Part shown: positions 28,322 to 37,982 of the stretch, in pieces
Position numbering within the stretch: the first letter of the stretch is position 1
Layout of the letters: every line of letters starts with the position of its first letter
Assembly: GCA_050633245.1 (NCBI GenBank)
Contig: JBOEGD010000024.1
Location: 266,846 to 330,845 of the forward strand
Direction: 5' to 3'
DNA from: Calditrichia bacterium
GTDB taxonomy: Bacteria > Calditrichota > Calditrichia > RBG-13-44-9 > J075
DNA: 64,000 bases
Made by a program: the position numbers and the translations under genes
The notes under the pieces: generated by a model
Database searches by the model: none
Told to the model about the DNA's origin: nothing
The model's input: the letters and a program-made list of their open reading frames with translations, nothing else

Positions 28322-28996
28322 ATGACATTTCCATTGCCCACCACAAGGCTAACTCTTGCCTTAGGCGTATTCCTGTTGATGCAGGGTTGTTTTAAAGCGC
28401 CAAATTATTACTACTCATCAGAATATGCGACTCAAAAAGACCAATATGAAACGGTTGAAGAGCTTGAGTATAATCAGGTCTATCGTCTCGGTGAACCCGA
28501 AGTCAATTTGGAATACGAGAAACCTAAACCTGTGGCCCGTTCCAGCCGAAAAGACGGGGTTTTCGAGCATGAAGATGTTATTCGTGCTGCTGCGAAAAAA
28601 TATAGTGTGGACTATTATTTACTCATGGCTGTTGTGCAGTCTGAATCTGCGGGTGATCCACGTGCTGTTAGCAGCGCAAACTGTCTCGGGTTGACGCAGC
28701 TTGCTGTACCAACTGCCCGTGACTACGAGCCGAATGTCAGGCCCGAAGAACTGTTCGATCCTGAAACGAATCTCGATATTGCCGGACGGCATATGGCGAA
28801 GTTGAATCGTCTGATCAGAAACCGATTTCCCAATGCAGATCTTGAACAAAGAGTTATTCTAAACGCCGCGGCATGGAATGCCGGTTGGGGACGCGTGAAA
28901 GAATATAACGGTACTCCAAACTTTCGTGAAACCCGGCAGTTCACGCGTCGGGTTATTCACTACTATCGAAAATATCGCTGGGGTAAACTTTCTTGA
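28322..28996 (+). CDS. Lytic transglycosylase (SLT domain) lipoprotein
   Basis: 224 aa with the lipobox LLMQGCF. SLT motifs are VVQSESAGDPRAVSSANCLGLTQL (catalytic Glu in ES) and AAAWNAGWG. GGGAGG lies upstream of the ATG. Confidence 0.8.
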   Translation: MTFPLPTTRLTLALGVFLLMQGCFKAPNYYYSSEYATQKDQYETVEELEYNQVYRLGEPEVNLEYEKPKPVARSSRKDGVFEHEDVIRAAAKKYSVDYYLLMAVVQSESAGDPRAVSSANCLGLTQLAVPTARDYEPNVRPEELFDPETNLDIAGRHMAKLNRLIRNRFPNADLEQRVILNAAAWNAGWGRVKEYNGTPNFRETRQFTRRVIHYYRKYRWGKLS

Positions 28997-29064
28997 TCCT
29001 CCCTCCTCTCCTTACTCCTGGTAGCCCACTGTGGCTGCCCGGGGTGGGGGAGTCCTTTTGAGCT

Positions 29065-29141
29065 AGACTGGAGCAGTTTTAAAAACTGCTCCAGTCTGCC
29101 TTTAAAAACTGCTCCAGTCTGCTTTTAAAAACTGCTCCAGT
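29065..29141. repeat. Palindromic tandem repeat element, locus A (1 forward + 3 inverted copies of core GACTGGAGCAGTTTT)
   Basis: AGACTGGAGCAGTTTT (29065-80) is followed by AAAAACTGCTCCAGTCTGC at 29081-99 and 29104-22, and by AAAAACTGCTCCAGT at 29127-41, giving a 23-nt period. The first pair forms a perfect 16-bp hairpin. Confidence 0.85.
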
Positions 29142-29205
29142 TAAATCTCTCCCGCTTCACCAAAATAAGTACTAAAAAAAACCGGACTTCTCCTTATATT
29201 AAGGC

Positions 29206-30456
29206 ATGACCAAACCGTCAACTTCCCCCAAAACTATTCGAGTTCTTCATACTGCCGATTGGCATCTCGGAAAGCGACTGGAGCGCTTTTCTCGTTTGCA
29301 GGAACAGCGTGAAGTTCTGGAAGAAATCTGTGACATCGCTGAGCAGGAACAGGTAGATGTCGTGCTGATCGCCGGAGATATCTTCGATACCTTTAATCCA
29401 CCGGTTGAAGCTGTCGAGATGTTCTATAAGTATGCTAAGCGTCTGGCGAACAATGGCCGATGTCCGGTTGTGGCAATTGCCGGGAACCATGATTCACCGG
29501 ACCGTTTTGAAACTCCTGAACCGCTGGCACGTGAATGCGGCATCCTTTTGCTGGGTTATCCCAATAGCGAAACGCCGCGCTTCCAGTTGGAAAGCGGGCT
29601 TCAGATCTTGGATACAGAACCGGGGTTTATAGAACTGAAGCTTCCGGACAAAAAAGCTCCGCTCAGAATAGTGACAACACCTTATGCCAATGAAAACCGC
29701 CTGCGAACCTGTCTCGGATTTGAAGATGTCGAATCTGAAATGCGGGATTTACTTGAAAAGCACTGGACTAGTTTAGCAGAAAAAAAATGCGACTCCGTTG
29801 GCGTTAACTTATTAATGGCTCATCTGTTTATGTTGCCACCGGGAGCAGAGGCTCCGAAGGAAGCAGATGACGAAAAGCCGATTCTGCATGTGGGAGGAGC
29901 ACAAGTTGTTTTTTCATCATCTATACCGAAAACTATTCAATATGTAGCTCTCGGACATATTCATGGACGAAAAAAAGTGAGTTCTAATCCACCAGCCTGG
30001 TATTCCGGCAGTCCACTATCATATAGTATGAGCGAAGCTGGTCAACAGAAATTTGTTTCAATTGTTGATTGTGAGCCAGGCAAGAAAGTCAAACTGAAAG
30101 AAGTTCCCCTGACCGCCGGCAAACCCTGTTTGCGAATGAGCTTTGATTCTATCGAGGATGCTGTTCGCTGGCTGGAAACGTCTCCTAATTCCCTGGTTGA
30201 ACTGACAATCCGTTCCGACACCTACCTGAAAGCCGAGGATCGCCAAGCATTAACAATGGCGCATGACGGCATTGTTGCGATCATCCCGGAACTCAGCACC
30301 GACCCTACAGAAACGTCTGATAGAAAAAAGGCCATCAATCTGGAACGTAACACCGAAGAGCTCTTTATCGATTATTTTGAAAGTCGCTTCGAGCAAAAAC
30401 CTTCTTCCGATCTGCTGGGGTTACTCGGCGAAGTGCTTGCTGAGGATGATGAATGA
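29206..30456 (+). CDS. sbcD: Exonuclease SbcCD, nuclease subunit D (Mre11-like phosphoesterase)
   Basis: 416 aa with phosphoesterase motifs LHTADWHLG, IAGDIFD, AGNHD and GHIHG. It has a 4-nt overlap with the sbcC start. Confidence 0.85.
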   Translation: MTKPSTSPKTIRVLHTADWHLGKRLERFSRLQEQREVLEEICDIAEQEQVDVVLIAGDIFDTFNPPVEAVEMFYKYAKRLANNGRCPVVAIAGNHDSPDRFETPEPLARECGILLLGYPNSETPRFQLESGLQILDTEPGFIELKLPDKKAPLRIVTTPYANENRLRTCLGFEDVESEMRDLLEKHWTSLAEKKCDSVGVNLLMAHLFMLPPGAEAPKEADDEKPILHVGGAQVVFSSSIPKTIQYVALGHIHGRKKVSSNPPAWYSGSPLSYSMSEAGQQKFVSIVDCEPGKKVKLKEVPLTAGKPCLRMSFDSIEDAVRWLETSPNSLVELTIRSDTYLKAEDRQALTMAHDGIVAIIPELSTDPTETSDRKKAINLERNTEELFIDYFESRFEQKPSSDLLGLLGEVLAEDDE

Positions 30457-33400
30457 TTCCGATAAACCTTACCATGAAGGGGATCTATTCCTACCGTCGT
30501 GAGCAAACGATTGACTTTTCTCGATTACAGGAAGCGCGTTTATTTGGCATTTTCGGGGCGGTTGGCAGTGGGAAATCGACGGTTCTTGAAGCAATGACCT
30601 TTGCACTTTACGGTGAAACTGAGCGACTTAAGCAAAGCGATAATCGCGCGTACAATATGATGAATTTAAAGTCTGACGAGCTGTTAATACGCTTTGAGTT
30701 CCTCGCCGGAGTTGCGCTCGATGAACGCTACCTGTTCGAAGTACAGATCAAACGACAAAAGAAAAATTTTGATAAGCTTGGTACACCAAAGTGGCGTCGC
30801 CTGAAGCAAAAGGACGGGGAATGGATTCCTGAAGAGCGCGAGGCTGCGGAGATTGTTGGACTTTCTTACGAAAATTTTCGTCGAACTGTAATTATTCCTC
30901 AAGGCAAGTTTCAGGAATTTTTGCAGTTAACCGGCAGCGAGCGTACTCGCATGATGAAAGAGCTGTTTAGCCTGCAGCGCTTCGATCTATGGAACAAAAC
31001 CCAGCGTCTAAATAGTCGCAATAACGAAGCTGTGCAGACAATTAACGGTAGACTGCAGGAATTGGAAATGACGCCTGAGCAGCGCGATGAACTCCAGGAA
31101 AGATTACAGAACGCATCGAAAAAACTTGCCGAGCAAGTGAGTAGACTTAATGACTTGCGAGAGGATGAGCGCCGATTCAAGAGTTTGTTTGAGCTGGAAA
31201 AGGAAAGTAGCGCGAGTGAAGAGGCTTATACAGAGTTGAAGAAGCAGGAAGGGGATGTGCAGCGTCGTCGCAATCACCTGCAGCGTTATGAAGAGTGTGA
31301 ACGCACATTTGGCGCAAAACTCGAACAGTTGGATATTTTACAGGTTGAGCTCAATCGACAAAAGTCTGATGAGAATGCAGTAACGGAGGCGCGCTTAAAG
31401 TTGGAAACAGATATTCTTGCCGAGAAAAAAGCATTTACTCGTATCGAAGAGCTATTTGCCGATAAGCAGACGCTGCAAAATCGTGCGGGCGATCTCAAAC
31501 GCCTTGCCGAACTGCGTCGCCTGGACCTCGATCGGGCTGCCCTTAATCAGAAGGTGGAAACGCAGCGAGCGGATATGCAGGTGATCACCTCTCAACTTGC
31601 CGAACTGCTGGAAAAGACGGATCGGCAGGCTGAACATATTCGCAACCTTCGAAAAGGAACGCCCGATACAGCGCTCGTTAGTGAAATGCAGGAATGGTTT
31701 AGTGCAAAGCGCTTGATTGATGAATTCGTTGTAAGCCTGCAAGCAGAACAGAAGCGTTTGAGTGATGCCCTTTCGCAACTGGAAGAAGAAAAGACACAGA
31801 TTATTCAAGATGAAATCTTAAAAGATTGGATTACCCCTCTTGAAAAGACTCTTCCGATTCCCGATGTTGCTAAGCATGTCGTGTCTGTCTATAAGAAATT
31901 GAAGGCACAACAAAAGAAACAGGAAAAACAGCGGCTTGCTCAACTATTAGAAAATCATCTTGCCGGTTTAGCAGAAGAAATGAGTGAGGGCGACGCCTGT
32001 CCCTTATGTGGCTCTACAGAACACCCGCAGCTGTATCATTCCGGTAAAGCGAAAAACATGCGGAAGCTGGAAAACGAATTCGTAACGCTAAGGCAGCAGA
32101 TTGAAGCCTTAGAAGAGTTGCAGCCACAGCTTGCCGGCCTGGCGGTTGGTTACGAGGATCGTCATGAACAGTTAGTAGAAACCGAAGAACGGTTAGCCGA
32201 AAAGGTTCTTGAGCAAGAAGAACACCTTACATCATGGCGCTGGAAAGACTATTTGCCGGAAGATGAAGAGCGAATTATGAAACAGCGTGAGGCATCGCGG
32301 GAAATACAGGAAACGCTGCAAACTCTCGAACAGCAACAGGAAGAGCAGCTGATTAAGCGACGCGATATGCAGGCACAACGCGATGAGCAGCATGAAGCTT
32401 TTATTGCCGTGGAACGCGATTTCGTTGTTACTGAAACGCGATTTACAGCATTGGCCGATCAGCTGGAGATGCTTTCTACAGACAGCCTGCCTCAAAATTC
32501 TCCTGATGAGCTTGAAAGAGAAGCCGTAGAGCAGCAGGAACAAGTAAATCGCGTGCAGCGCGACCATGAGAAAGGTACTGAACGACTTGCCGGTCTTCAG
32601 ACCAGATTAAGTGAATTTGGTGGAGAGTTAACCACATTGCGAAAGCAGCTTGCTAAATCTGAAGCAGCTTTTAAAAAGCGAACAGAAGAACTAAACCTCG
32701 CACTTGAAAAGTCTCCATTTACCTCCATCGATGAAATTCGCACGCTCTTGCAGGATGAACTGGAAGTGGCTCTGGAAAAATCCGAGATCGATACGTTTTA
32801 TTTGCAGCTCCACACTGCTGAAACACAGATGAAGGAAAACCTGAAGCGAATGGGTAACCAGGTTTACGATCGTGAAGTGCATGAGAAGCTACAGGAACTG
32901 ATTTCTGAGAAGACGGCTGCTCTTGCGGCTGAGCAACAAAATGTTGGTCGGCTTGAAGGTGAGCTTCAGCGACTTGATGACGGATTGAAAAAACGAGCCG
33001 AGCTACAGAAAGAATACGATATGCTTAATTTGCGAAAGGAAAACCTCGCTACGCTGGCCGGACTTTTTCGCAAGTCCGGCTTTGTGAATTATGTTTCCAG
33101 CGTATTTTTACAAAACCTGGTTCGTGCAGCAAATGCACGCTTTAAAGCACTGACGCGAAATCAGCTATTGCTTGAAGTGAACGATAAAAACAACTTTATG
33201 GTGCGCGACTTTCTAAATGATGGTCAAAGCCGCAGCGTCAAAACCCTTTCCGGCGGTCAAACCTTTCAGGCTTCTCTATGTCTTGCTCTCGCTCTGGCTG
33301 ATAATATTCAACACCTCTCGGAAGCTTCACAAAACTTTTTCTTTTTGGATGAGGGATTTGGAACACTCGATAAGAATTCTTTACAAATTATTTTTACAAC

Positions 33401-33536
33401 GCTGAAAGAAATGCAGAAAGAGAATCGCATTGTCGGCGTCATTTCACATGTCGAGGAACTTCAGCAGGAAATTGATGTGTACTTAAGTATCGTCAATGAT
33501 GACGAAGAAGGAAGTCGCGTTACAACGAGCTGGTAA
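30453..33536 (+). CDS. sbcC: Exonuclease SbcCD, ATPase subunit C (Rad50/SMC-like)
   Basis: 1027 aa with Walker A (GAVGSGKST), long coiled coils, a central zinc hook (CPLCGSTEHP), the signature LSGGQTF, and Walker B (FFFLDEGFGTLD). Confidence 0.85.
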   Translation: MIPINLTMKGIYSYRREQTIDFSRLQEARLFGIFGAVGSGKSTVLEAMTFALYGETERLKQSDNRAYNMMNLKSDELLIRFEFLAGVALDERYLFEVQIKRQKKNFDKLGTPKWRRLKQKDGEWIPEEREAAEIVGLSYENFRRTVIIPQGKFQEFLQLTGSERTRMMKELFSLQRFDLWNKTQRLNSRNNEAVQTINGRLQELEMTPEQRDELQERLQNASKKLAEQVSRLNDLREDERRFKSLFELEKESSASEEAYTELKKQEGDVQRRRNHLQRYEECERTFGAKLEQLDILQVELNRQKSDENAVTEARLKLETDILAEKKAFTRIEELFADKQTLQNRAGDLKRLAELRRLDLDRAALNQKVETQRADMQVITSQLAELLEKTDRQAEHIRNLRKGTPDTALVSEMQEWFSAKRLIDEFVVSLQAEQKRLSDALSQLEEEKTQIIQDEILKDWITPLEKTLPIPDVAKHVVSVYKKLKAQQKKQEKQRLAQLLENHLAGLAEEMSEGDACPLCGSTEHPQLYHSGKAKNMRKLENEFVTLRQQIEALEELQPQLAGLAVGYEDRHEQLVETEERLAEKVLEQEEHLTSWRWKDYLPEDEERIMKQREASREIQETLQTLEQQQEEQLIKRRDMQAQRDEQHEAFIAVERDFVVTETRFTALADQLEMLSTDSLPQNSPDELEREAVEQQEQVNRVQRDHEKGTERLAGLQTRLSEFGGELTTLRKQLAKSEAAFKKRTEELNLALEKSPFTSIDEIRTLLQDELEVALEKSEIDTFYLQLHTAETQMKENLKRMGNQVYDREVHEKLQELISEKTAALAAEQQNVGRLEGELQRLDDGLKKRAELQKEYDMLNLRKENLATLAGLFRKSGFVNYVSSVFLQNLVRAANARFKALTRNQLLLEVNDKNNFMVRDFLNDGQSRSVKTLSGGQTFQASLCLALALADNIQHLSEASQNFFFLDEGFGTLDKNSLQIIFTTLKEMQKENRIVGVISHVEELQQEIDVYLSIVNDDEEGSRVTTSW

Positions 33537-33615
33537 ATTTGTTCTTCTCAGCTCATCAAGAGAATAAGTAATTGCATTTAAGACGTCTATCTTGTAATAT
33601 TGGTCAGAGGAGACA

Positions 33616-34107
33616 ATGCGCGAGCGAATTAGCAAAATCATAGAGATGCTTATCCGGGAGATGACCGATCTTCCTGATCCCTTTGGTGGGCATATAGAAG
33701 CGCTTTCCCGTAAATTACTCGATGCCGGATATACTCAAGGCGAGATTAATAAAGCTGTTGAGTGGGTAATTACGAACTTCGATGAAAGCCAGGGTCCTCT
33801 TCAAAACCTCGAAAATGCCAAAAACATGCCTTCACTCAGACTTTTAAGTGCCGAAGAGATGAACTTTTTTTCACCTGAAGCATATGGATACCTTATCCAG
33901 GTGCAGGCACTGAGTATTGTATCGCCTCTTCAAATTGAGCAAATTATCGAACGCTGCTTCCTGATGGGGCTTAGCCGTATTGAGACCGAGGACATTAAGA
34001 CTGTCGTATCGCAAATTCTACTTGGAAAAGAACCCGGTGGATTGGGTAGCGAAAATACCGGCCGGTCTGAGGTAATGTACCATCCGGGCAACGACAAGAT
34101 AAACTAA
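33616..34107 (+). CDS. smg: Smg (DUF494) family protein
   Basis: 163 aa. The pattern ...LLDAGYTQGEINKAVEWV... and the position directly upstream of topA match the conserved smg-topA arrangement. Confidence 0.55.
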   Translation: MRERISKIIEMLIREMTDLPDPFGGHIEALSRKLLDAGYTQGEINKAVEWVITNFDESQGPLQNLENAKNMPSLRLLSAEEMNFFSPEAYGYLIQVQALSIVSPLQIEQIIERCFLMGLSRIETEDIKTVVSQILLGKEPGGLGSENTGRSEVMYHPGNDKIN

Positions 34108-34113
34108 GCCTAT

Positions 34114-36381
34114 ATGAGTTCTTCCTCTTCGAAGACGCTCGTTATTGTTGAATCTCCCGCCAAAGCAAAAACCATCAACAAATTTCTCGGCCATGACTAT
34201 CGCGTTGTCGCGTCTGTTGGTCATGTTATTGATCTCCCACCAAAAGATCTTGGTGTTGATGTAGATAAAGGCTTTAAGCCCTCCTATCATATCATTAAAG
34301 GCAAGCAGGATGTGCTAAAGCGGTTGAAAGCTGAAGCGGCAAAAACTGACCGGATTTTATTGGCGATGGACCCTGATCGTGAGGGTGAAGCGATTGCCTG
34401 GTTAATCGCCGAGCGTCTGAAAAAAGACAATCCGGATATCCAGCGTATCGAGTTTAACGAAATCACTTCCACTGCTATTCAAGCCGCAGTTCGCCAGCCA
34501 CGCGCCATTAACCGCGATCGCGTAGAGTCGCAGCAGGCACGTCGTGTGCTAGATCGCCTGGTAGGCTATATGGTAAGTCCGGTACTTTGGCAGGGAATTG
34601 TGAAAGGATTGAGCGCCGGAAGAGTGCAGTCGGTGGCATTAAGATTAATTTGCGAGCGCGAAGCCGAAATCGAGAGCTTCGTACCGGTCGAATATTGGAA
34701 AATAAGTGCCAAACTTCAGACGCCGAAAGGGGAGGAGTTTGTTGCCAAGCTGGTGAAGATTGGCAAGCATACCCTCAACCCGCAAAAGTATCGAATTTCA
34801 ACCAAAGGTGATGCCGATACCCATGTTGCCGCGATTCGCAGAGAAACGTTTGTTGTAAGCAAAATCAAACGCGAGAATGTCAATAAAAAGCCACCACCAC
34901 CGTTTATTACCAGTACGCTTCAACAAGATGCCGCTCGTCGTTTTCGCATGCCCACCAAACAGGTTATGTCAGTCGCACAGAAACTTTATGAGGGGATCGA
35001 CCTCGGAGCAAAAGGCACGCTTGGATTAATTACCTACATGCGCAGCGATTCTACGCGCATCAGTGATGAGGCGATGAAGGCGATTCGCAGCTATATTGCC
35101 GGCTCTTTTGGCGTCGATTATCTGCCGGAAAAACCGGTTTCTTATCAGAGTAAAAAAGGTGCGCAGGATGCGCATGAGGCCATTCGGCCAACGCAGATCT
35201 CCGCAGATTTTGAACCACGTCAACTGAAGAAATTCCTGTCAAAAGATGAGTTTCGTATCTACGAGCTGATCTGGAAACGATTTGTGTCCTGCCAAATGAA
35301 GCCGGCGGTGATTGCCAGAGTTACTGTTGACATTACTGCCGGAGACTACCTTTTTCGTACTCAGGGGGAAACTGTTATTTTTCGCGGTTTTCTACAGGCT
35401 TATCAATTGCCGGGAGATGATGCGGATGTCACCGAAGAAGATGACGATGAAGGAACACCGAACATTCCTGCCGATATTGCTCAAGGCCAACGCTTAACCC
35501 TGTTAGATTTACTATTGAAGCAGTCGTTTACCAAGCCTCCTCCGCGTTATACCGAGAGCTCGCTGGTGAAGACGCTCGATAAACTGGGCATTGGCAGACC
35601 CAGCACTTATTCGCAGATTATAGCTACCCTGTTTTATCGTGAGTATGCCACAGTTGAAGCTAAAAAATGGCTGTTGCCAACGGAGTTGGGACGAACGGTG
35701 AACTATTTTTTGGTTCAACATTTTGAAAAATTATTTAACGTGGCGTTTACGGCTGATATGGAAGCTTCGCTGGATAGAATTGAAGCGAGCGAAGCGAGTT
35801 ATCTGAAGACGCTGAAAACCTTTTATGAGCCGTTTCGGGAAAACCTGGATAATGTAACAGCAACTATTCAGCAGATAAAGATTGCTGCGCGTGGTGAAGA
35901 TGTTCGAGTTTGCAAAACGTGTAGTGGCAGCATGACCTTGCGTTGGGGGCAAGATGGCCATTTCCTTGCTTGTGAAAATTACCCGGAATGTAAATCGACA
36001 CGCTCATTACCCAAAGCAGATACTTCGTCAAAAAAACGCAGCTGCAAGGCGTGTGGAAGTACTCTGATTGTTCGTGATGGGCGGTTTGGCAGCTTTCTTT
36101 CCTGTTCGCGCTATCCGGACTGCAAGTATACCCGTCCTCTTGGTATTGGTGTCGATTGCACCCAGAAAGAATGCGATGGTGAATTGCTCCAACGGCAGTC
36201 GCGTAAGGGAACCATATTTTTTGGATGCAGTAACTATCCTAATTGCAGTGTGGTATATTGGAACAGGCCGATTGCACGTTCATGCCGTTCCTGTTCCTTT
36301 CCTCTCGTAGAAGAGGTTGAAGATAAGCATGCAAGGAAAGTACTAAAGTGCCCAAATTGCTCAACCGTTCAGGAATCTTAA
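34114..36381 (+). CDS. topA: DNA topoisomerase I
   Basis: 755 aa with the Toprim start LVIVESPAKAKTINKFLG, DPDREGEAIAW, the active-site region GLITYMRSDSTR, and four C-terminal CxxC...CxxC zinc ribbons. Confidence 0.95.
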   Translation: MSSSSSKTLVIVESPAKAKTINKFLGHDYRVVASVGHVIDLPPKDLGVDVDKGFKPSYHIIKGKQDVLKRLKAEAAKTDRILLAMDPDREGEAIAWLIAERLKKDNPDIQRIEFNEITSTAIQAAVRQPRAINRDRVESQQARRVLDRLVGYMVSPVLWQGIVKGLSAGRVQSVALRLICEREAEIESFVPVEYWKISAKLQTPKGEEFVAKLVKIGKHTLNPQKYRISTKGDADTHVAAIRRETFVVSKIKRENVNKKPPPPFITSTLQQDAARRFRMPTKQVMSVAQKLYEGIDLGAKGTLGLITYMRSDSTRISDEAMKAIRSYIAGSFGVDYLPEKPVSYQSKKGAQDAHEAIRPTQISADFEPRQLKKFLSKDEFRIYELIWKRFVSCQMKPAVIARVTVDITAGDYLFRTQGETVIFRGFLQAYQLPGDDADVTEEDDDEGTPNIPADIAQGQRLTLLDLLLKQSFTKPPPRYTESSLVKTLDKLGIGRPSTYSQIIATLFYREYATVEAKKWLLPTELGRTVNYFLVQHFEKLFNVAFTADMEASLDRIEASEASYLKTLKTFYEPFRENLDNVTATIQQIKIAARGEDVRVCKTCSGSMTLRWGQDGHFLACENYPECKSTRSLPKADTSSKKRSCKACGSTLIVRDGRFGSFLSCSRYPDCKYTRPLGIGVDCTQKECDGELLQRQSRKGTIFFGCSNYPNCSVVYWNRPIARSCRSCSFPLVEEVEDKHARKVLKCPNCSTVQES

Positions 36382-36416
36382 AACGGTAAACCAGTAAAAA
36401 AACGGAGCTCACAGAA

Positions 36417-37325
36417 ATGTACGTTGAAATGAATGATTTCGTACGTTATCTTGAAAATGTGAGGCGATACTCTCATCACACAATTTTATCTTACCAAACC
36501 GATTTGACGCAGTTTATTCAGCATCTTCAGGAAGAAGACAGCGATATCCAGCCGCATCATGTTGATGTTCGGCATATCAAGAATTTTCTGAGTTATCTGT
36601 TGAGTTTGGGGCTGCAGCGCAGAAGTATTACGCGCAAACTTTCTACAATCAAGTCATTCTTTCGCTATCTGTTTCGTCATGGAGTTATTGAGGCTAATCC
36701 GGCTTCTGTGGTTCAGGCACCTAAAGTCGGCAAGCGTTTGCCAACGGTACTAAGTATCGAACAGGCTCGCAAGCTAATGACTTTGCCGTCAGGATCTACC
36801 TTTGAAGGATTACGGGATAGGGCTATTTTGGAGCTGCTTTATGGATGCGGTTTGCGTTTAAGCGAAGTAATCGAATTAAAGTGGCAGAAAATTGATCTTG
36901 CAGGTGATTCGATCCGAATATTAGGTAAGGGACAAAAAGAAAGGCTCGTTCCACTTGGCTCATACGCCAAAAAAGCATTGAAGGTGTATAAAGAGAAAAG
37001 AGAAGCCCATCTGTCAGAGCAGGAACTTGAAGGCGACGAGAATCTCTTTCTAAGTAAAAAAGGAAAAAAGTTGTATCCGCTGGCAATACAAAAAATGGTG
37101 CGCAAAAATATGGAACAGCTAACCGAGCAGGATAAACTGAGTCCGCACGTTTTGCGTCACACCTTTGCGACACATTTACTGGATCGCGGAGCTGATTTAT
37201 TTGCAGTAAAAGAGTTACTTGGTCATGCAAGTTTGTCTACAACTCAAATTTATACGCATGTTAGTATGGAGAGATTGAAACAGGTATACAGTCAGGCTCA
37301 TCCCAGAGCCACAAAAAAAACATAA
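36417..37325 (+). CDS. xerC: Tyrosine recombinase XerC/XerD family
   Basis: 302 aa with an N-terminal SAM-like core-binding domain. Catalytic motifs are GLRLSE (Arg), HVLRHTFATHLL and GHASLSTTQIYTHV (Tyr). The XerC versus XerD assignment is not resolvable. Confidence 0.8.
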   Translation: MYVEMNDFVRYLENVRRYSHHTILSYQTDLTQFIQHLQEEDSDIQPHHVDVRHIKNFLSYLLSLGLQRRSITRKLSTIKSFFRYLFRHGVIEANPASVVQAPKVGKRLPTVLSIEQARKLMTLPSGSTFEGLRDRAILELLYGCGLRLSEVIELKWQKIDLAGDSIRILGKGQKERLVPLGSYAKKALKVYKEKREAHLSEQELEGDENLFLSKKGKKLYPLAIQKMVRKNMEQLTEQDKLSPHVLRHTFATHLLDRGADLFAVKELLGHASLSTTQIYTHVSMERLKQVYSQAHPRATKKT

Positions 37326-37348
37326 TACATTTACCGTAGGAGGATCTA

Positions 37349-37660
37349 ATGAACTTTTCCATCACGGCCCGTCATTTTAAGCTGAAGGATGATCTACGCG
37401 AGTATATAACCGGCAAGAGCAATAAGCTTAGCCGCTACTACGATGGTATAATCGACACTGAAGTGGTCCTCGGATGGGAGAAAAATACCCGTCATTGCGA
37501 ACTAAAGATAAATGTGAATAATAAGCAGATTGTGCTGAAGGAAGATTCAGAAGATCTGCGAAAGTCGTTTGACATTGCGCTCGATAAGGCTGAACGTCAG
37601 CTAAAGCGCTATAAGTCGAAAGCACGTTCGGTAGAAAAGGACGTGCACGGCGGCGCATAG
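37349..37660 (+). CDS. hpf: Ribosome hibernation promoting factor (HPF/RaiA, short form)
   Basis: 103 aa. MNFSITARHFKLKDDLREYI...KLSRYY...I is typical of sigma54-modulation/HPF proteins. AGGAGG lies upstream. Confidence 0.85.
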   Translation: MNFSITARHFKLKDDLREYITGKSNKLSRYYDGIIDTEVVLGWEKNTRHCELKINVNNKQIVLKEDSEDLRKSFDIALDKAERQLKRYKSKARSVEKDVHGGA

Positions 37661-37692
37661 AGGTTCTCCCTCTCATTCAGATTGAAGACTCT

Positions 37693-37725
37693 AAGGGGTA
37701 TCCAGAAATGGGTATCCCTTTTTTA
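37693..37725 (+). terminator. Rho-independent terminator after hpf
   Basis: AAGGGGTATCC-AGAAAT-GGGTATCCCTT forms an 11-bp stem including 2 G-U pairs, followed by a T-run (37719-37724). Confidence 0.6.
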
Positions 37726-37767
37726 TTGATGATTGATGATTGATGATTGATGATTGATGATTGATAA
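37726..37767. repeat. Heptanucleotide tandem repeat (TTGATGA) x5 plus 1 imperfect copy
   Basis: Perfect 7-nt periodicity runs from 37726 to 37760, with the last unit TTGATAA. The fourth unit supplies TTGATG exactly 17 nt upstream of a perfect TATAAT (37770-37775). Confidence 0.9.
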
Positions 37768-37777
37768 GTTATAATTT

Positions 37778-37798
37778 CCGCTCACCGCTCACCGCTCA
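37778..37798. repeat. Heptanucleotide tandem repeat (CCGCTCA) x3
   Basis: Three perfect copies lie immediately downstream of the TATAAT hexamer. Confidence 0.9.
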
Positions 37799-37982
37799 CA
37801 GCATGGTATACAAAATATTTCTCCAGTATACTATTAAATAACAAGTTTTCGTGTTTTTTGTTTTTATAAGCGCCTTTAAAACAGTGGTTTAAGTCGGTTT
37901 TCGGTCTCTGGCATAGCACTTGTAATTGGTCATAGCATCTCTCCGGTGCCAAAAACACTAACATTTTCTAAGGAGATGCATT

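Noticed and set aside
29065-29141. Possible CRISPR array (regularly spaced 16-19-nt repeats)
   Set aside because: The repeats are contiguous, with a 21-23-nt period and only 4-7 nt between cores, so there are no unique spacers. One copy is inverted and no cas genes are present in the window.
29206-33536. SMC-like ATPase plus nuclease pair as a defence system (Wadjet/Lamassu/Gabija-like)
   Set aside because: The first gene has the full Mre11/SbcD phosphoesterase motif set. The second has Rad50/SbcC Walker motifs and a CxxC zinc hook at the coiled-coil apex. No extra kleisin, Toprim or effector genes are present, so this is canonical SbcCD.
36417-37325. Tyrosine recombinase as a marker of an integrated mobile element
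   Set aside because: It sits in a conserved housekeeping context (smg-topA-xerC-hpf). There are no flanking direct repeats and no phage or transposon genes, and the tRNA genes are 10 kb away. A chromosomal dimer-resolution Xer recombinase is the simplest reading.
37726-37767. Phase variation by promoter-spacer length change at the TTGATGA array
   Set aside because: The array lies upstream of, and supplies, the -35 element. Adding or removing 7-nt units would leave the last-unit to -10 spacing unchanged, so classic spacer-length switching does not apply. It is kept only as a possible slippage or regulator-binding array.
37782-37964. 60-aa - strand ORF upstream of the OMP gene
   Set aside because: Its 3' end reads through the CCGCTCA repeat tract, and it has no RBS. 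It lies in the likely 5' UTR or promoter of the + strand OMP gene.
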